DNA from: Lama glama
Taxonomy: Eukaryota
Assembly: GCA_028534125.1 (NCBI GenBank)
Contig: CM052817.1
Span: forward strand, 97,652,001 to 97,716,000
DNA length: 64,000 bases
Direction of reading: 5' to 3'
Shown: positions 1-12,064 of the stretch, one piece after another
Layout: each line of letters opens with the position of its first letter
How positions within the stretch are numbered: position 1 is the first letter of the stretch
Translations under genes and position numbers: made by a program
Notes under the pieces: model-generated
What the model was told of the DNA's origin: nothing
Seen by the model: the letters and a program-made list of their open reading frames with translations, nothing else
The model's database searches: none

Positions 1-1009
1 TGAATCCCCACCAGAGTTCCCGAGCTTACAGCCAACCACAGCGGGACCTCTGGTTGTACTCGCCTTTTAAGGTGTGAAGCTGTGGTCAGACGTGACTCAG
101 TCCAGGTGGGGAGAAGTGAGGAAGAGCAGCCTGGAAGCTCAGGGTTCAACTCGCGCCTTCTTTTTTACCTGTACAACACTGCACTTTATGGTTTGTTTTT
201 AAATCTCAAAGTTTACTTTGGAGGAAGTCTTTTGTCAGTGTCTAGAAGGTTTTTGAGTTTTAAAAGTTATATTGTTTTTATTCTTTTACTCTGAACAAGC
301 CATTTTCATCATCTCAGGAGCATTTCTAACTGGCCACCACAGCACAGTTCTTCATGCTGAAAGATGGAGCCCGCATCCCGATTTCCAGCCTCACTCTGCC
401 CCAGGAGTTCTGTGGACTCCACAAACCCCTTCTAGTTGTTTCCTATGTGAAGTGCTAGGGGAGCCTATTTTTTCCACCATATTTTTTCCCTTAGGGGCTT
501 CCCATCCAAAGAGCCTTGTCCTAGGTTGCGTTCTTCAGAAGCGGGTTCTGAGTCAGAGACCAGAGTGAAAGATGTGTATCATTAGCCAACACCTGTGGAA
601 GGAAGGAGGCTTGGGCAGAGGGAGAAGTTGACTTGAAACGTTGGCCAGCCATCCCATGGGGGCTCTGGAGCTTATGTATTCTTTCAGAGTTGTTTCTCAG
701 GAGCCAAAATGGCCAGGCCTTTATGTTGTTGCTGCAATCCGTCACTGGATGTGGTCTGTCCCTGGAAGGGCATGGCTTTGGTTGAGGAGGGCCTCCACAG
801 CTGGAACTAGGCAACTAGAGGAATCTGGCAATAAGGGGTCCTTTGCTGGCAGCATCCCCAGCAGCTGGGATGACAATTTCTTCCTTGAAGAGGATTTGTG
901 CATCACATCTCGACATCCACCACAAGTCTTTTGGCTAATCTGGGCCTCAAGGCATGACACAGGTATCCCACACTTTCTCTAAGTAGATACATGAATGAGA
1001 ATAATGGGC

Positions 1010-1212
1010 CCCAATAATTCTTTCTTGGGGTGGAGTGGGGATAGGAGAGGGCTGTCCCGTGCATTGTAGGATATTTAGCAGGGTCCTTGGCCTCCATCCA
1101 CTAGATGCCAGTGGCAGTCCCCCTCTTCCTCAAGTTATGACAACCAAAAATGTCTCCAAGATATTGCCAAATGTCCCTTGGTGGACAAAATTGTTCCTGG
1201 CTGAGAACCAAT
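1010..1212. mobile_element. MER20 (hAT-Charlie) DNA transposon relic
   Basis: Resembles recalled MER20 consensus: ggctgtcccgtgcattgtaggatatttagcag...ccactagatgccagtggca...tgacaaccaaaaatgtctcc...attgccaaatgtccc...tgagaacca. Confidence 0.85.
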
Positions 1213-2544
1213 CTGTTACATGGACTAAAGGCAAAAGTATAATTTTGATTTCCTAGTTTAAATTAGCTGATATACTTAAGCAGAAAGCAGAAAAAATATC
1301 ATCTTTTGATAATGCAAAGAAACGCTCATTCATAAATATTGTGCCAAAAGAATGATTGCTTAAGTGGTTAGGGGAAAAAGAATTCTGTGCTTCAGGGTGA
1401 AGATTACTAGGCACTAAATAACTTTGCCTGTGAATAGAATGCTACGCTTTCTTTTTTCCCAAGAGTACTGTAAATTTGCTTGGGTGCTTTTTTCTTCTCT
1501 TTCTCTCTTTCACTTAAAGATGTGAGATGGCAGATTTCACCCTTTCCCTTGCTTCTGCGATGATCTGGCTTTGGTGTAGCATGTCATCCAGGGAAGCTGT
1601 GCTCTAGGTGAGGTTATTGGGTGGAGCTGGTTTCTAACTCAATAGTTTGGTTAGTTGTAATGGAAGGTAAAAGAAAAAAGCAAATGCAAGGAATTGAAAT
1701 AAGGCATTTGTACTTCTTGCTTTTTCCTCCTCTCCAGATGTGGATGACTTCAACTTGTGTCTAGGTCTCACTTTACCATTTGATCTAAAGCTGATGTTGA
1801 TTTCTTACATATTTTTCCAAGTTTGCTCTGGGAGAGCAGTTGATGCCTTCTCCTTGTCAAGTGTAGAAGAATGAAATATGAGAAAACAGGAACTGAGGTA
1901 CAACCAAATGCTGGACATAAAGTTTCCAGAAATGTTTTCTTCATGACTGCCGAGGAGCTGACGATTAACACAACAGAATGTTTTAGGTTATGTTTCAAAT
2001 AACGGCATGAACTGGATGCTGAGATATTCTCCCCAAAGGGAAGGCGCAGGATTTCCTCTCAATGGAAAATTCATATTTGAAATGTCTGTGTGAAATATGT
2101 AAGCTAGAGCATTTCCATTTTGGAGCAGGATGAAGATTTAGGAAAATGCAAAGTCAGTTGTGTAAAATAATTACAAAGGATTTTGATTCAGTAGAGAGAA
2201 GTCAATTGTACTTTTAGAAAACATATACAGAGATTAGTGGTGAATTTTGAAACCTTATGTGTTTACAAATATTTAAAATTGCTTTTCAGTTTGTCCCTTT
2301 ACAATCATTGGCAGGTACTTCTCTCCATTAGTGATTTGTGATTCTTTCTTGGAATTATCAAATCCCGTTAAATCGACAGGTATTATGAAATGTGTTCCTT
2401 GCCATGGGTATAAGACTAATACAAAACACCTGCTCAAATTCTTGAGCATAACCTGTTGCCAGAATACTGATTGTTCAAGAGACTCAAACATCATAACAAA
2501 TCTTTTTGCAGACTTCTCTGGGAATGTATAGTAAGATCACTCTG

Positions 2545-3408
2545 TATCTTTTGACTCCCTTCATCCACTTTGTCCACCTCCTGCCAAATCTCCCCACCTC
2601 TGACCACCACCAATCTTTTCTCTCTCACGATGAGCTTGTTTTCTTTTCCATTTTGTTTTTTTTTAAGATTCCACATATAAATGAGATCATATGGGTATTT
2701 GTCTTTCTCTGGCTTATTTCACTTAGCATAATGCTTTCAAGGTCTACCATGTTGTTGCAAATGGCAAGATTTCATAATTTTTATGACTGCATAATACTCT
2801 ACTCTATATACAGATATATAGGGAGAGAGCACAATTTCTTAATCTATTCATTGGTCCATGGGCACATAGGTTGCTTCCATATCTTGGCTTTTATAAATCA
2901 TGCTGCAATGAACAAGGGTGTTCCTGTATCTTCTCAAGTTAGTGTTTTCATTTTCTTCAGCTGAATACCCAGAGTCAGAATTGCTGGATCATATGGTGGT
3001 TCTATTTTTAATTTTTTGAGGACCTATCATACCATTTTCTATAGTGGCTGCACCAGCTTACATTCCCGCCAATATTGCACAGGACTCTCTTTACTCAATA
3101 TCTTCACCAGTATTTGTCACTTCTTATCTTTTTAACTTCAGCCATTCTAACAAGTGTGAGGTGATATGTGTAGCATGGTGACTATAGTTAATAATATTGT
3201 ATCACATATTTAAAAATTGCTAAGGAGTAGATCTGAAGAGTTCTCATCACAAGAAAAAAAATTCTGTAACTGTGTTTGGTGACAGATGTTAATTAGACTT
3301 ATTGTAGTGACCATTTTGCAATATATACAAATATTAAATTATTATTTTGCACACCTGAAACTAATATAATGCTGTCTGTCGATTATATCCTAATTAAAAA
3401 TAATTTTA
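2545..3408 (+). mobile_element. 5'-truncated, 5'-inverted LINE-1 (L1MA-like 3' end)
   Basis: 2545-~3166 is the ORF2 end and proximal 3'UTR on the minus strand. ~3167-3408 is the distal 3'UTR on the plus strand (agcatggtgactatagttaataat...cacctgaaactaatataatg...A-rich end). Degenerate TSD aagatcactctg (2533-2544) / aaaatcaatctg (3409-3420). Confidence 0.85.
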
Positions 3409-4099
3409 AAAATCAATCTGATAAAAATATCAAAACATTTTTTCATTGCTTCAATATGACCCTGTTTATTATAGCTGACACACAGTAGAAGTCCCATACA
3501 TCCTTGTTCAAGGGGAAAGCAAGCAGTTACTCAGAGTCTGATTGGATTGGCCCAGAGAAAGGGGTCCAGCCTACACATATCCCCAATTGGGAAACATGTC
3601 ACAGTGATTGGCAATGCTTTACTGGAAGTGCTTTTATGGAGGGATTAGTGTGTGTCCCAGGTTGGTGGCCACGCAACTTAGGAAGTTACTACAAACACTG
3701 TTTGCACAGTTACTGTTATGTGAGAATTTGATAATCCTTTTTTAGATTAGAAAGTGTCCACAGACTGAAAAAAAAAAAGGTTGGGACTCCACAGATTTAT
3801 GTAAAATTAGAACATTATTAACTTAGAGCAACAGACTTAAGTTCTTCCCTCTCTATGGATGGCTAGCTAAGTATGGGCATCTGAATGAGAGGAATTGGTT
3901 GGATAATTCAATCAACTAGTGACTTCCAACCACGATGGTCTGACTGTGCCATGCTTGTCCTCATCTCAGTTCAGTGAGGGAGACATTCCTCAGATCCTTT
4001 TTCACAGACACCTTGCAGACCAACATATTGAAAGCCCATTATATTTTGAGTCCTCTGAACTTCTCCTGCTTTGTGCCATTCCTAAGGCCATTGTATTTT

Positions 4100-4315
4100 A
4101 TTTTAACATTTCCTTTAACATTTAGAAAAGTGCGCATGTTCAGTGGGTTTGCATGAACTGAAAACACCCAGTGGAACCAGCACTGGACCACGAAACAGAA
4201 AATTTCCAACACCTAGAAGCCCCGCCTGTCCCCTTACAATCTCTAAGCACTTACCTAAGGGTAAACACTATTCTTACGTCTTGCTACAGCACAGAATAGT
4301 TTTGTTGAAGCCAGG
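4100..4315 (-). mobile_element. Old L1 (L1ME-like) 3' fragment
   Basis: gaactgaaaacacccagtggaaccagcac...cctagaagcccc...aagggtaaacactattct resembles reverse-strand L1ME 3'UTR. Confidence 0.55.
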
Positions 4316-7300
4316 ACAGTTTGCTTCATTAGAATTTTATTTGTAAGTGGTCATGTTGATTTCAACCTTGCTGTTGCCCCATGTCTTGCATGTAGGTAGG
4401 ACACTGCCCGAGGAAGTTCTACCCAAACTGAACTGCTCCAAGGTGCTCTGGGCAATCAAGATACAGGGAGAAGGGTGGAGCATGGGAGGAAGTGGGCATC
4501 ATGGGAGAAGGACTTTGAAAAAGTGAGCTGGGCACAGGTCAAAGAAAAAGGTCCCCATCTTCACACCTCTGCTTGGGAAAAGCTCTAGGGAACAAGAGTT
4601 CTCATTTCTTTTAGCAACTTTCCCCTTGAGATCTCTGTATGGTTCTTATTGTTGACTTTGTCATTTGTGCTTGTAGAGGAAGATCAAGTGTTACTTTCAG
4701 CACCAAATAACTTGGTGAGTATTAAAGACATAAATACTGAGATTTATAAGAACACTGTGCTTACATGAGTACTTTATTTTAGTGCATTTCCAGGGGATGT
4801 CTTTTTCAGGGCTGAATAGGACTAATATTTTCAATTCAACAACAGATCATCAGTCATTAACAAGAGGTAGAAAAGATCAGTCAAAGCACAGGATTGCATC
4901 ATTAATGGGAGGGTGGAGGGTGAGTAGAAACTACCGAGGATCGAAAAACACTGAGTAACTTACAGAAATACCTACCAGCTCTCACTTGCTAAAGACTGAG
5001 GTATTTCTTTTTTTCCATCTCTCTTTAAGGAACATCAGTCTTGAGTGTCCTTTACTAAAGGTAAGACTAGGAAGTAGCAGTGGGACTTATCCAACGTCAG
5101 CATAACCTAAGAGCGGCACGTTTTCTTTTCCCCAGCACATTTCTTGGATGGCCCACTTCATAGAAAAGCATGGCTCAGGGAAACTCCTCAATAGCCCTGG
5201 ATACTTCCTCTGTCTTTTGAGACAGACCCCATCCTTCCAAATGCAGTAATGCTTTCAGTGGTTAGAACACGTGACTTATTACGGCAATTTAAGGGAGTTG
5301 TTTTCTCTTCTGTCTGATCTACTTTTATATGGTCCTCTGCATTCTTCCCAGCAGAGCTAGGGCTTGGACTGGAGCCAGGAGAGATGGAGAGTGAGGCAAG
5401 GCTGAAGACTCATTACTCTGTTCCTCCACACATACAAGAGAACAGCCATACCTGCCAGCTGGAATGGGGTTTGTACACCCTGGGAAGTTTTGGTAGCCCC
5501 AAAGCTGGGAATAAAAGACCCCTAAAGTGTTTGGTCTGGGAATTTCCCTTCAGTTTCATTCTGAGCCCTGGGAATCTATCTCACTGAGCCCCACATAAAA
5601 AGAATGTCCTGAAGTCCATCCATATTTACAGCTTGCTTTATGCCATGCTTTCTTCTCGAGTCTCAGTTCTCTTTGCCTTTTCAATTTTGATCTCTATGTC
5701 ACTTCCCCCTCATTTGTGTCCCTACTCAAATTCCTCTCATATGTCCAGTAGGTTTCTTTTGACTTCTGATCTGACTCTGTTCATCTGGTCTTCAATGCAA
5801 CTCCCACTTTGTGAAGGTGGGGCTACCAAAGTGAAGCTCTGTTTGATGAATCCTGGTTTCCATGTGCTAGTTATTCCCAAGCTGTGGTTTAGCCCAGGGC
5901 TCACCCTCTGCCTTCTCCACCCCTCCTTGCCTGTTTCTTTTTCCATCTGTGCCAATTATTCATTTATAATGAGAAATAGAAATGTCAAGTTGATTGCAGT
6001 GTTTGTTTTTGTTAGATTGGTATAATTTTTTCCCCCATGGGCAAAAGAAAACTTGCTTAGCAAACATAGAATCAGATGTAAATTACTCAATTATAATTTG
6101 ATTGTTGAAGCTACGCATCTTGGAAACAGGAAAGTGCATTCCACTCGGGTCATATGCTTGTGCTCGGGAATGCTTCCGCCATGTTGGATGGTGCTGGTGT
6201 TCTGTGTGGTAGAGTTTGGGGAGCCTCCTTTCCCGGGTCCAGATGCAGACTGTTTATATGGCAACAACTTGGGCTTTGAAAAGGCTTCCACCTTCGCAGT
6301 GTCTCTATGTTTCTCTGCTCTTTCTTTCTGCCACTTTAATGATGCATTTCTACACTTCTCTTCATTTCTTCTATCTTCCTATCTTTTATTTCTTCCCCTG
6401 GAAAGAACCCTTTCATGCTGCATGTCCCATGCCTTACTGTATACTCCTGGCGTTGTACCTCCATCTCTGTCCTCATGGCCTCTGCTTCTGTTTTCCTATG
6501 GTGCAGGGTCTGTTCATTTGCCATAGAAAACCAGACTATCACTAAAGAAAGGCACCCACAGAATCTATGTTTCTTTACATTTTCTAGAAATAGGATAGTG
6601 CAATCACCACTGATTCTTAATTTCTCTAGCTTCAGCAATGTGGCAGGGACCAAGGTACATCAAAGGCTTTTGGACAACCTCAGCTAATTGTCAACCATGG
6701 TAGTGACCCATAAAAATACCACTCTGGAGCTTTTAAGGCACTATTATTTATAGTGAATGTTATATAATAATATTTACCTTAAAAATCTTAACTGTTTATC
6801 TTACCAAGGGTGGGAATGGAGTGGGGGAGGCACATCTTAGGATCTCTGCTTAATTAGTCTCTTTAGGACTTGCTCTCAGCAGCATTTGTCTGGTTTTTTT
6901 AATCCCCTGAGTAAATGAGTAAGTTAAGTGGGGGAGATCCCAAACTGGATGGGAAAATGAACCCAAGAAGAATTAAAATGGGTAATGATATTTGGGCTCT
7001 TAGTTGCCCAAGTCCCACATGTTCACTAACTAAGATGAAGCTGCTATAAATGAAATGAATGAAAGTAGAATGAAAAAGGGATTAGGCTATTTTAAAAGAA
7101 AACCTTTGTTTTCATTTTTTAATAATGTGAGTGAACTCCAATTAGCTGCTTACAACAGGTTGCCAAGTAGAACTCCTACCAAAACTATTTTAATTAATAA
7201 CAAAGACTCATTTGTAAGTAGTCCTTTTTTTTTTCCCCCCCAATGATATTGTGAAAGTACGAAGCATGTTTTTGGTTGGTTTATCATTCCTTCTGCCACT

Positions 7301-7321
7301 TGGCTTATATTGATTTGCTCA

Positions 7322-7462
7322 GATCCTTGCTACTCAAAGTATGAACAGAGAGTTGGTAGAAATGCAGAGCCTCAGGGCTATATCCCAGAACTACTGAATC
7401 AGAATCTGCATTTGACAAGATCCCCAGGTGATTCCTCTGAACATTAATGTTGAGAAACATTG
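7322..7462. mobile_element. MER5A-like DNA transposon relic
   Basis: gctactcaaagt...tagaaatgcagag...ctactgaatcagaatctgcattt.acaagatccccaggtgattc...ttgagaaacattg. Confidence 0.8.
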
Positions 7463-8413
7463 ACCCGGAAGATCTTTCACTCCAAATTACCAAAAAGTTA
7501 AACTTCAGATTATTGTTTTTGAAATTACCTCAAATTCTGAATTAGTAGGGTCAAAATTAATCAGCTCTTATTTATTAAATTTCATTTCTGTTTGTAGACT
7601 AAATTTTACTATTTTGCTTTTATTTAAATGTTTTATTATCTTATAGCTTATTTCATAGGCTTGAATTATCTCCTTTAGAGAAGAACATCTATTAAAAGCT
7701 GGAGTCATGCCCAAATCCTCTTTAAATCTATTCAGCATCAGTGGGTTTTGTCCATAGGATTCTGCTGGAGGGAGATTTTGACATCGTGGCATTTCCTTTT
7801 CTCTGGCGTATTGCGTTCTTTCCTCTAACTGTCTTGAACAATTTCCTCCAGCCCTCAGTAGAAGCCTATGTATCCTGTTTTATGCTCTGTTTTAAGAACT
7901 TCCAACAAACTTACAGAAGTCTCCTGATAACATGTTGAACTGACAATATTTGGAACCTACTTGATAAGGTAGACATTTTTTAAATACTGTAAAACACATT
8001 CAAAGACAAGTTTCAGCTTTTGGTTCAAAGCGGAGCGAATTTGTAGAGCATCAGGGAAAAACTACTTATAGAATATACTTTGCATTTCTTACATCCACTT
8101 TGTCTTTTATCTTTGTGCTTCAAACAACAGCTTTAAGTAGTTCAAACATGTGTAAGCCAAAAACTATCAGGCAAAATAAAAATAGTACAAGTCATATTTG
8201 CCTGGTATCACTTTAAAAGGAACCTTTACTGATCAGTCTGGGAATCCTTATGGTCTCTTTAAGCATAGATAATATTATCTGGATGGCATCCTTTATCTTA
8301 GTTATTTATAAATACACCCTGAGGTTAAAAAAAGTTCAAGGCTGCCACTTTAAAAAAAGAAGCACTTTTTAGACATTCAATTTTCTTGCAGATGAATCTC
8401 AAATTATTGTAAA

Positions 8414-8542
8414 ACTAGAATATAAACTCTCTGAAGGCAGTATTTTTGTCTGTTTTTTCAGTTTTGTATCCGCTAGCACCTAGGACAATGCCCTCCCCAC
8501 GGTATATAATAAGTACTTGCTGACAGAATGAATAGATGAATT
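8414..8542 (+). mobile_element. L2 3' end
   Basis: actagaatataaactctctgaaggcag...ttttgtctg...gtatcc..tagcacctag...gaatgaatagatgaa, a typical L2 tail. Confidence 0.7.
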
Positions 8543-9639
8543 AAAAGATTAAAAAGATTGAAAATGTGAAGTCCCTTAGGAATTAAATGATTTGGATTAT
8601 TTCTTATTGGTAGCATTTTGCTAGAAATGTCTCTGAGTAATAGGATTCTCCCTGGAAACAAGATCTTATCTAAACAACTGAATAACAGAAGCCAAAGATA
8701 ACTGTGATTCTTGAAAGGACTATGAAGGAATGGCCCCAACAATCCGTCCAGTTTACCTGCAGCCCATCGGTTTCACGGCTGTTGGCTATGATGGTGTCAC
8801 AGCTGAAGTGCTTTCCTCTTAGAGTCCCTCCTCTTCCCATTCCTTGATCTGACCCTATCACTTGACTTCTTGTAACAAAACTGCTGAGAGGGATTTCCTT
8901 TCTACTTCCCACCTACCACCTTCCTGGACCTGAGATGTGGCCAATTTTTCCTTTTAACCTTGACTTTAATGCCCTTCTCTCTATGTGATTGGCTGGTGGC
9001 TTGACTCAGCTAAATTTATCTGACAGGCGTCAGACCTCCACTGTATCTCCCTTTTCTGTATGGAAGAACATAATCTATGTGGATGGTGGGGTGGGTAGAC
9101 AGAAAGATCGGGAATGATGGAGTGATGTTTTCCCTTTTGGGGAAGCTTTGGGGTCAGAGTAACTTCTGTTCTTTCCCATGTTTCACCTCTCTGTCCTGTA
9201 AAAAGGCCCCCTGAGAAAGCTGGCCTTCCCACAACCCTGCTGAGTTCTACAGCTTTCAAAAGGGCTCATTATTTTAAAAGTGTATGTTATAATTTTAAAA
9301 GGAAAAGTCAACTCTGTTGTTTTCAACTCAATTTTACTGGTAAAAATGTGGAGAGCAATTGCACATGTTTTGTGGACTGGCCTAGGAAACTTAATTCCTA
9401 CTGGGAAATACATTATATTAAAAAAAATCCATGATTTGCTAATGAACTTTCAGAAGCTGGGAACTATAATATAAAGTATTATGCTTATAACCTAAAATCA
9501 AAAGTTTTTGAAAAAACTGGAAAAGATAATTCCTTAAGCCATTGTAGAAGCAACCAATTATTCATCTAACTGTTAGCCAATTTGTAGCCTTTATGATAAA
9601 AGGTGCATCACAAGCAAAGTGTATGTCTGGAAACAACAT

Positions 9640-9860
9640 AGTAGGGTGGCCAACAGGTGTGAACTCTCTAGTGCCACTTACAAGTTATATGAGATCAAAC
9701 GTTTGCTTTTCCTGTTGGTGTCCCAGTTTCCTCATGTAATAAGAGACATAATAAAATAAATTACCTTATAGAATTATTATAAGGATTAAATAAAATGCTG
9801 CATGTAAAACCTAAGTGTGGTGATTATCACGCACTAACTGCTAAGTAAACAGCAGTTCTA
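9640..9860 (+). mobile_element. MIR SINE relic
   Basis: Core cagtttcctcatgtaa...ttaccttatagaattattataaggattaaataa...catgtaaaac. Confidence 0.65.
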
Positions 9861-10439
9861 ATTGTCTTATACATATCAACATCCGTTTACCTGTTTGAAA
9901 GTTCAACTGCCTTTGAATGAATCTAAAAATCAATGACCTGTTAAGACATGCTGAGAGTTTTACGTCATGTGCCCTGTGAAAACATGTTATGAAAATGAGT
10001 TGTTTAGCAAGAGAGGAATCTTAGCCCACCCTAGCATCCACACCTCATGCAATTTGTCCTTTGCCATTTGATGTCAGGTACAACTGACGGCCCTGGAAAG
10101 GAAGCAAGGTGCTTATGTAGGCAACAGTATTGGCAAATCTGAAGATGTATGGATACATTCCTTCTAAGAGCTGAAGGTCTGTTTGTTAGATGTGTTACTC
10201 CTTTCAAAAGCAGGCTGCTAATAGCATTTTTATTTTGCAAATAAATAAAATTCAAATTCAATAGTCCATAATGTTTGGCTATACTACATCCTACATCGGT
10301 GGTAGACTCAATATTACAACTCAAACACTTCTGTTGGTGGTTTCAGAGTCACATTCCAACAAGGACAGCTATGAGCTTCCCGGCACAGAACTGGATGAGA
10401 CATAATTCAGGCAAACGTTGCTGTTTGAGCCAGGCCTAT

Positions 10440-11083
10440 AATAATAGGCTGCAATCAAAAAAAAAAAAAGGAATCACACTGGTTATTTTAACAGTGAGCA
10501 TTTAACATAAAGAATTGTTAACTAACAATGGAAGAGAATTGACAAGTCTGAAAGATATCCTGAAGGGATCTCCAAGGTAACCACTGCAGGGAACAGCTAT
10601 CAACCCTGGGGCTGAGAGAGGCTGAGAACACAGAGGGAGGGGGTTGGAGTTATTAAAACAAAGGCTTGGAGGAGGGGGCTGGTGTTTGGATGGTCTGAGG
10701 AGGAGCCCTGTGGACCTGGGACCCAGATTCCTAAAGAAAGGGCACTGGCTGCTGCTGGTGTCTCTGAGCGGCCACAATGAAGTTGGGAAAAACTGCAAAC
10801 TGGACTTGACAGCTGTTCCCGGGATTAACTGCCGCGATCAAGGTGAAGAAGGGGCACTGCTGATGGTGCTGTCAGAAACAGAACCCAGGGTGTGAACGGG
10901 AAGCAGCAGCCCCATTCCCCTTCTCCAGCCCTGTAGTCTGCTTCTAGCCGCCCAGCTGAAAGTCTAACAGAGCCAGCCAGCGAAACAGAAATGCAGCTTG
11001 CAGAGTTCTAGTCTCAGCATCACAAAGCAGAGGCCAGAAGGATGGGTTTGAAATTGAGAGACCGCAGCATAATATCTAGCACA
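10440..11083. mobile_element. Ancient LTR (ERVL/MaLR-like), subfamily uncertain
   Basis: The end cagaaatgcagcttgcagag...cagcatcacaaagcagag..cagaaggatgggtttgaaattgagagac...ataatatctagcaca resembles old eutherian LTR termini. Left boundary approximate. Confidence 0.55.
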
Positions 11084-11551
11084 GACAGGGTCTACACAGT
11101 GGTGTTTGAAGTTGGAGAAACAGGGCAGAATCAGTGGTTCCGTGAGATCTGCCTGTCCATCCTCGGGCCAGTGGGGTGCTACCAGATAGGATTAGCCACG
11201 GTGACTGCCCTGTGGGGGAAGCATGCGTCATACGTGGTGCGGGGATTCAGAGGCAGTCTTGGAGGCATGTCCCTGGAACTTAATGGTTTGGCTGCCAGAT
11301 TTATGGCAGGAATACATAGCCTGCGAAGTGTTGGACCGAAGCTGTTGCAATTATTGTCATCCCTGTCAAAGTGATTCAGAAGCTGGGGAGGATCTGAGGC
11401 TGGCAGGGACGGTGGTCAGGGACGGTGGTCAGTGACTACTGGGGTGGTGAAGGAGCCCAGGTTGGGGAAGGTGGCTGAGAACCCATAGAGATCCAAGCCA
11501 ATACTCCAAGAGGAGGACAGGGAATACTTGTTTTAGTTTGCAGCAGCTGAG

Positions 11552-11552
<1 letters not shown>

Positions 11553-11606
<54 letters not shown>
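11553..11606. repeat. (TG)19(AG)8 compound microsatellite
   Basis: Directly visible. Confidence 0.97.
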
Positions 11607-11929
11607 CAAGAGCGGGAGAGAGGGCTTTTTGTACTGCGTATCTTGACTAAGAGAAGGTAAGCAGTTCTCAGGACACTGTAGAATTTCGTGATGGAAAACT
11701 CACACCTGTTCAAATCTCCCAAGACCCTTGGTCAATCAGAGTGCACGGTGAGGGATGATGTGGCCCCAGAGCACGTTAGTCCTTAATTGCCTTGAGCTAG
11801 CATCCATGGAGCTCTGCAATCTGACCCGTCCTCACTTCTCCAGTGCTGCCTACCACCATTCCCTGCCAACATTACCAGTCACCTGTGGAACACTGCAGAT
11901 AACATAGTGCTAAATTCCTCCCAGATCAA

Positions 11930-12022
11930 TTAAATGAGATTATGTGCAGACAGGACAGGGGCGTTGGCATATTTAAAAAGCTCCCCATGATATTCTAATG
12001 TCAGCCAAAGTTACGAACCATG
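11930..12022. mobile_element. MER5-like fragment
   Basis: ggcatatttaaaaagctccccatgatattctaatgtcagccaaagttacgaacca. Confidence 0.6.
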
Positions 12023-12064
12023 TGCTGTGAGGGAATCCAATGCCCCAACTCAACTGGTCTATTT

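Noticed and set aside
2506..2964. 152-aa hydrophobic ORF resembling a membrane protein
   Set aside because: It is the antisense reading of an L1 3' region. T-rich sequence produces Phe/Leu/Ile runs.
5633..6687. Cluster of overlapping 90-157 aa ORFs
   Set aside because: Pyrimidine-rich low-complexity translations with no recognisable family or consistent splice structure.
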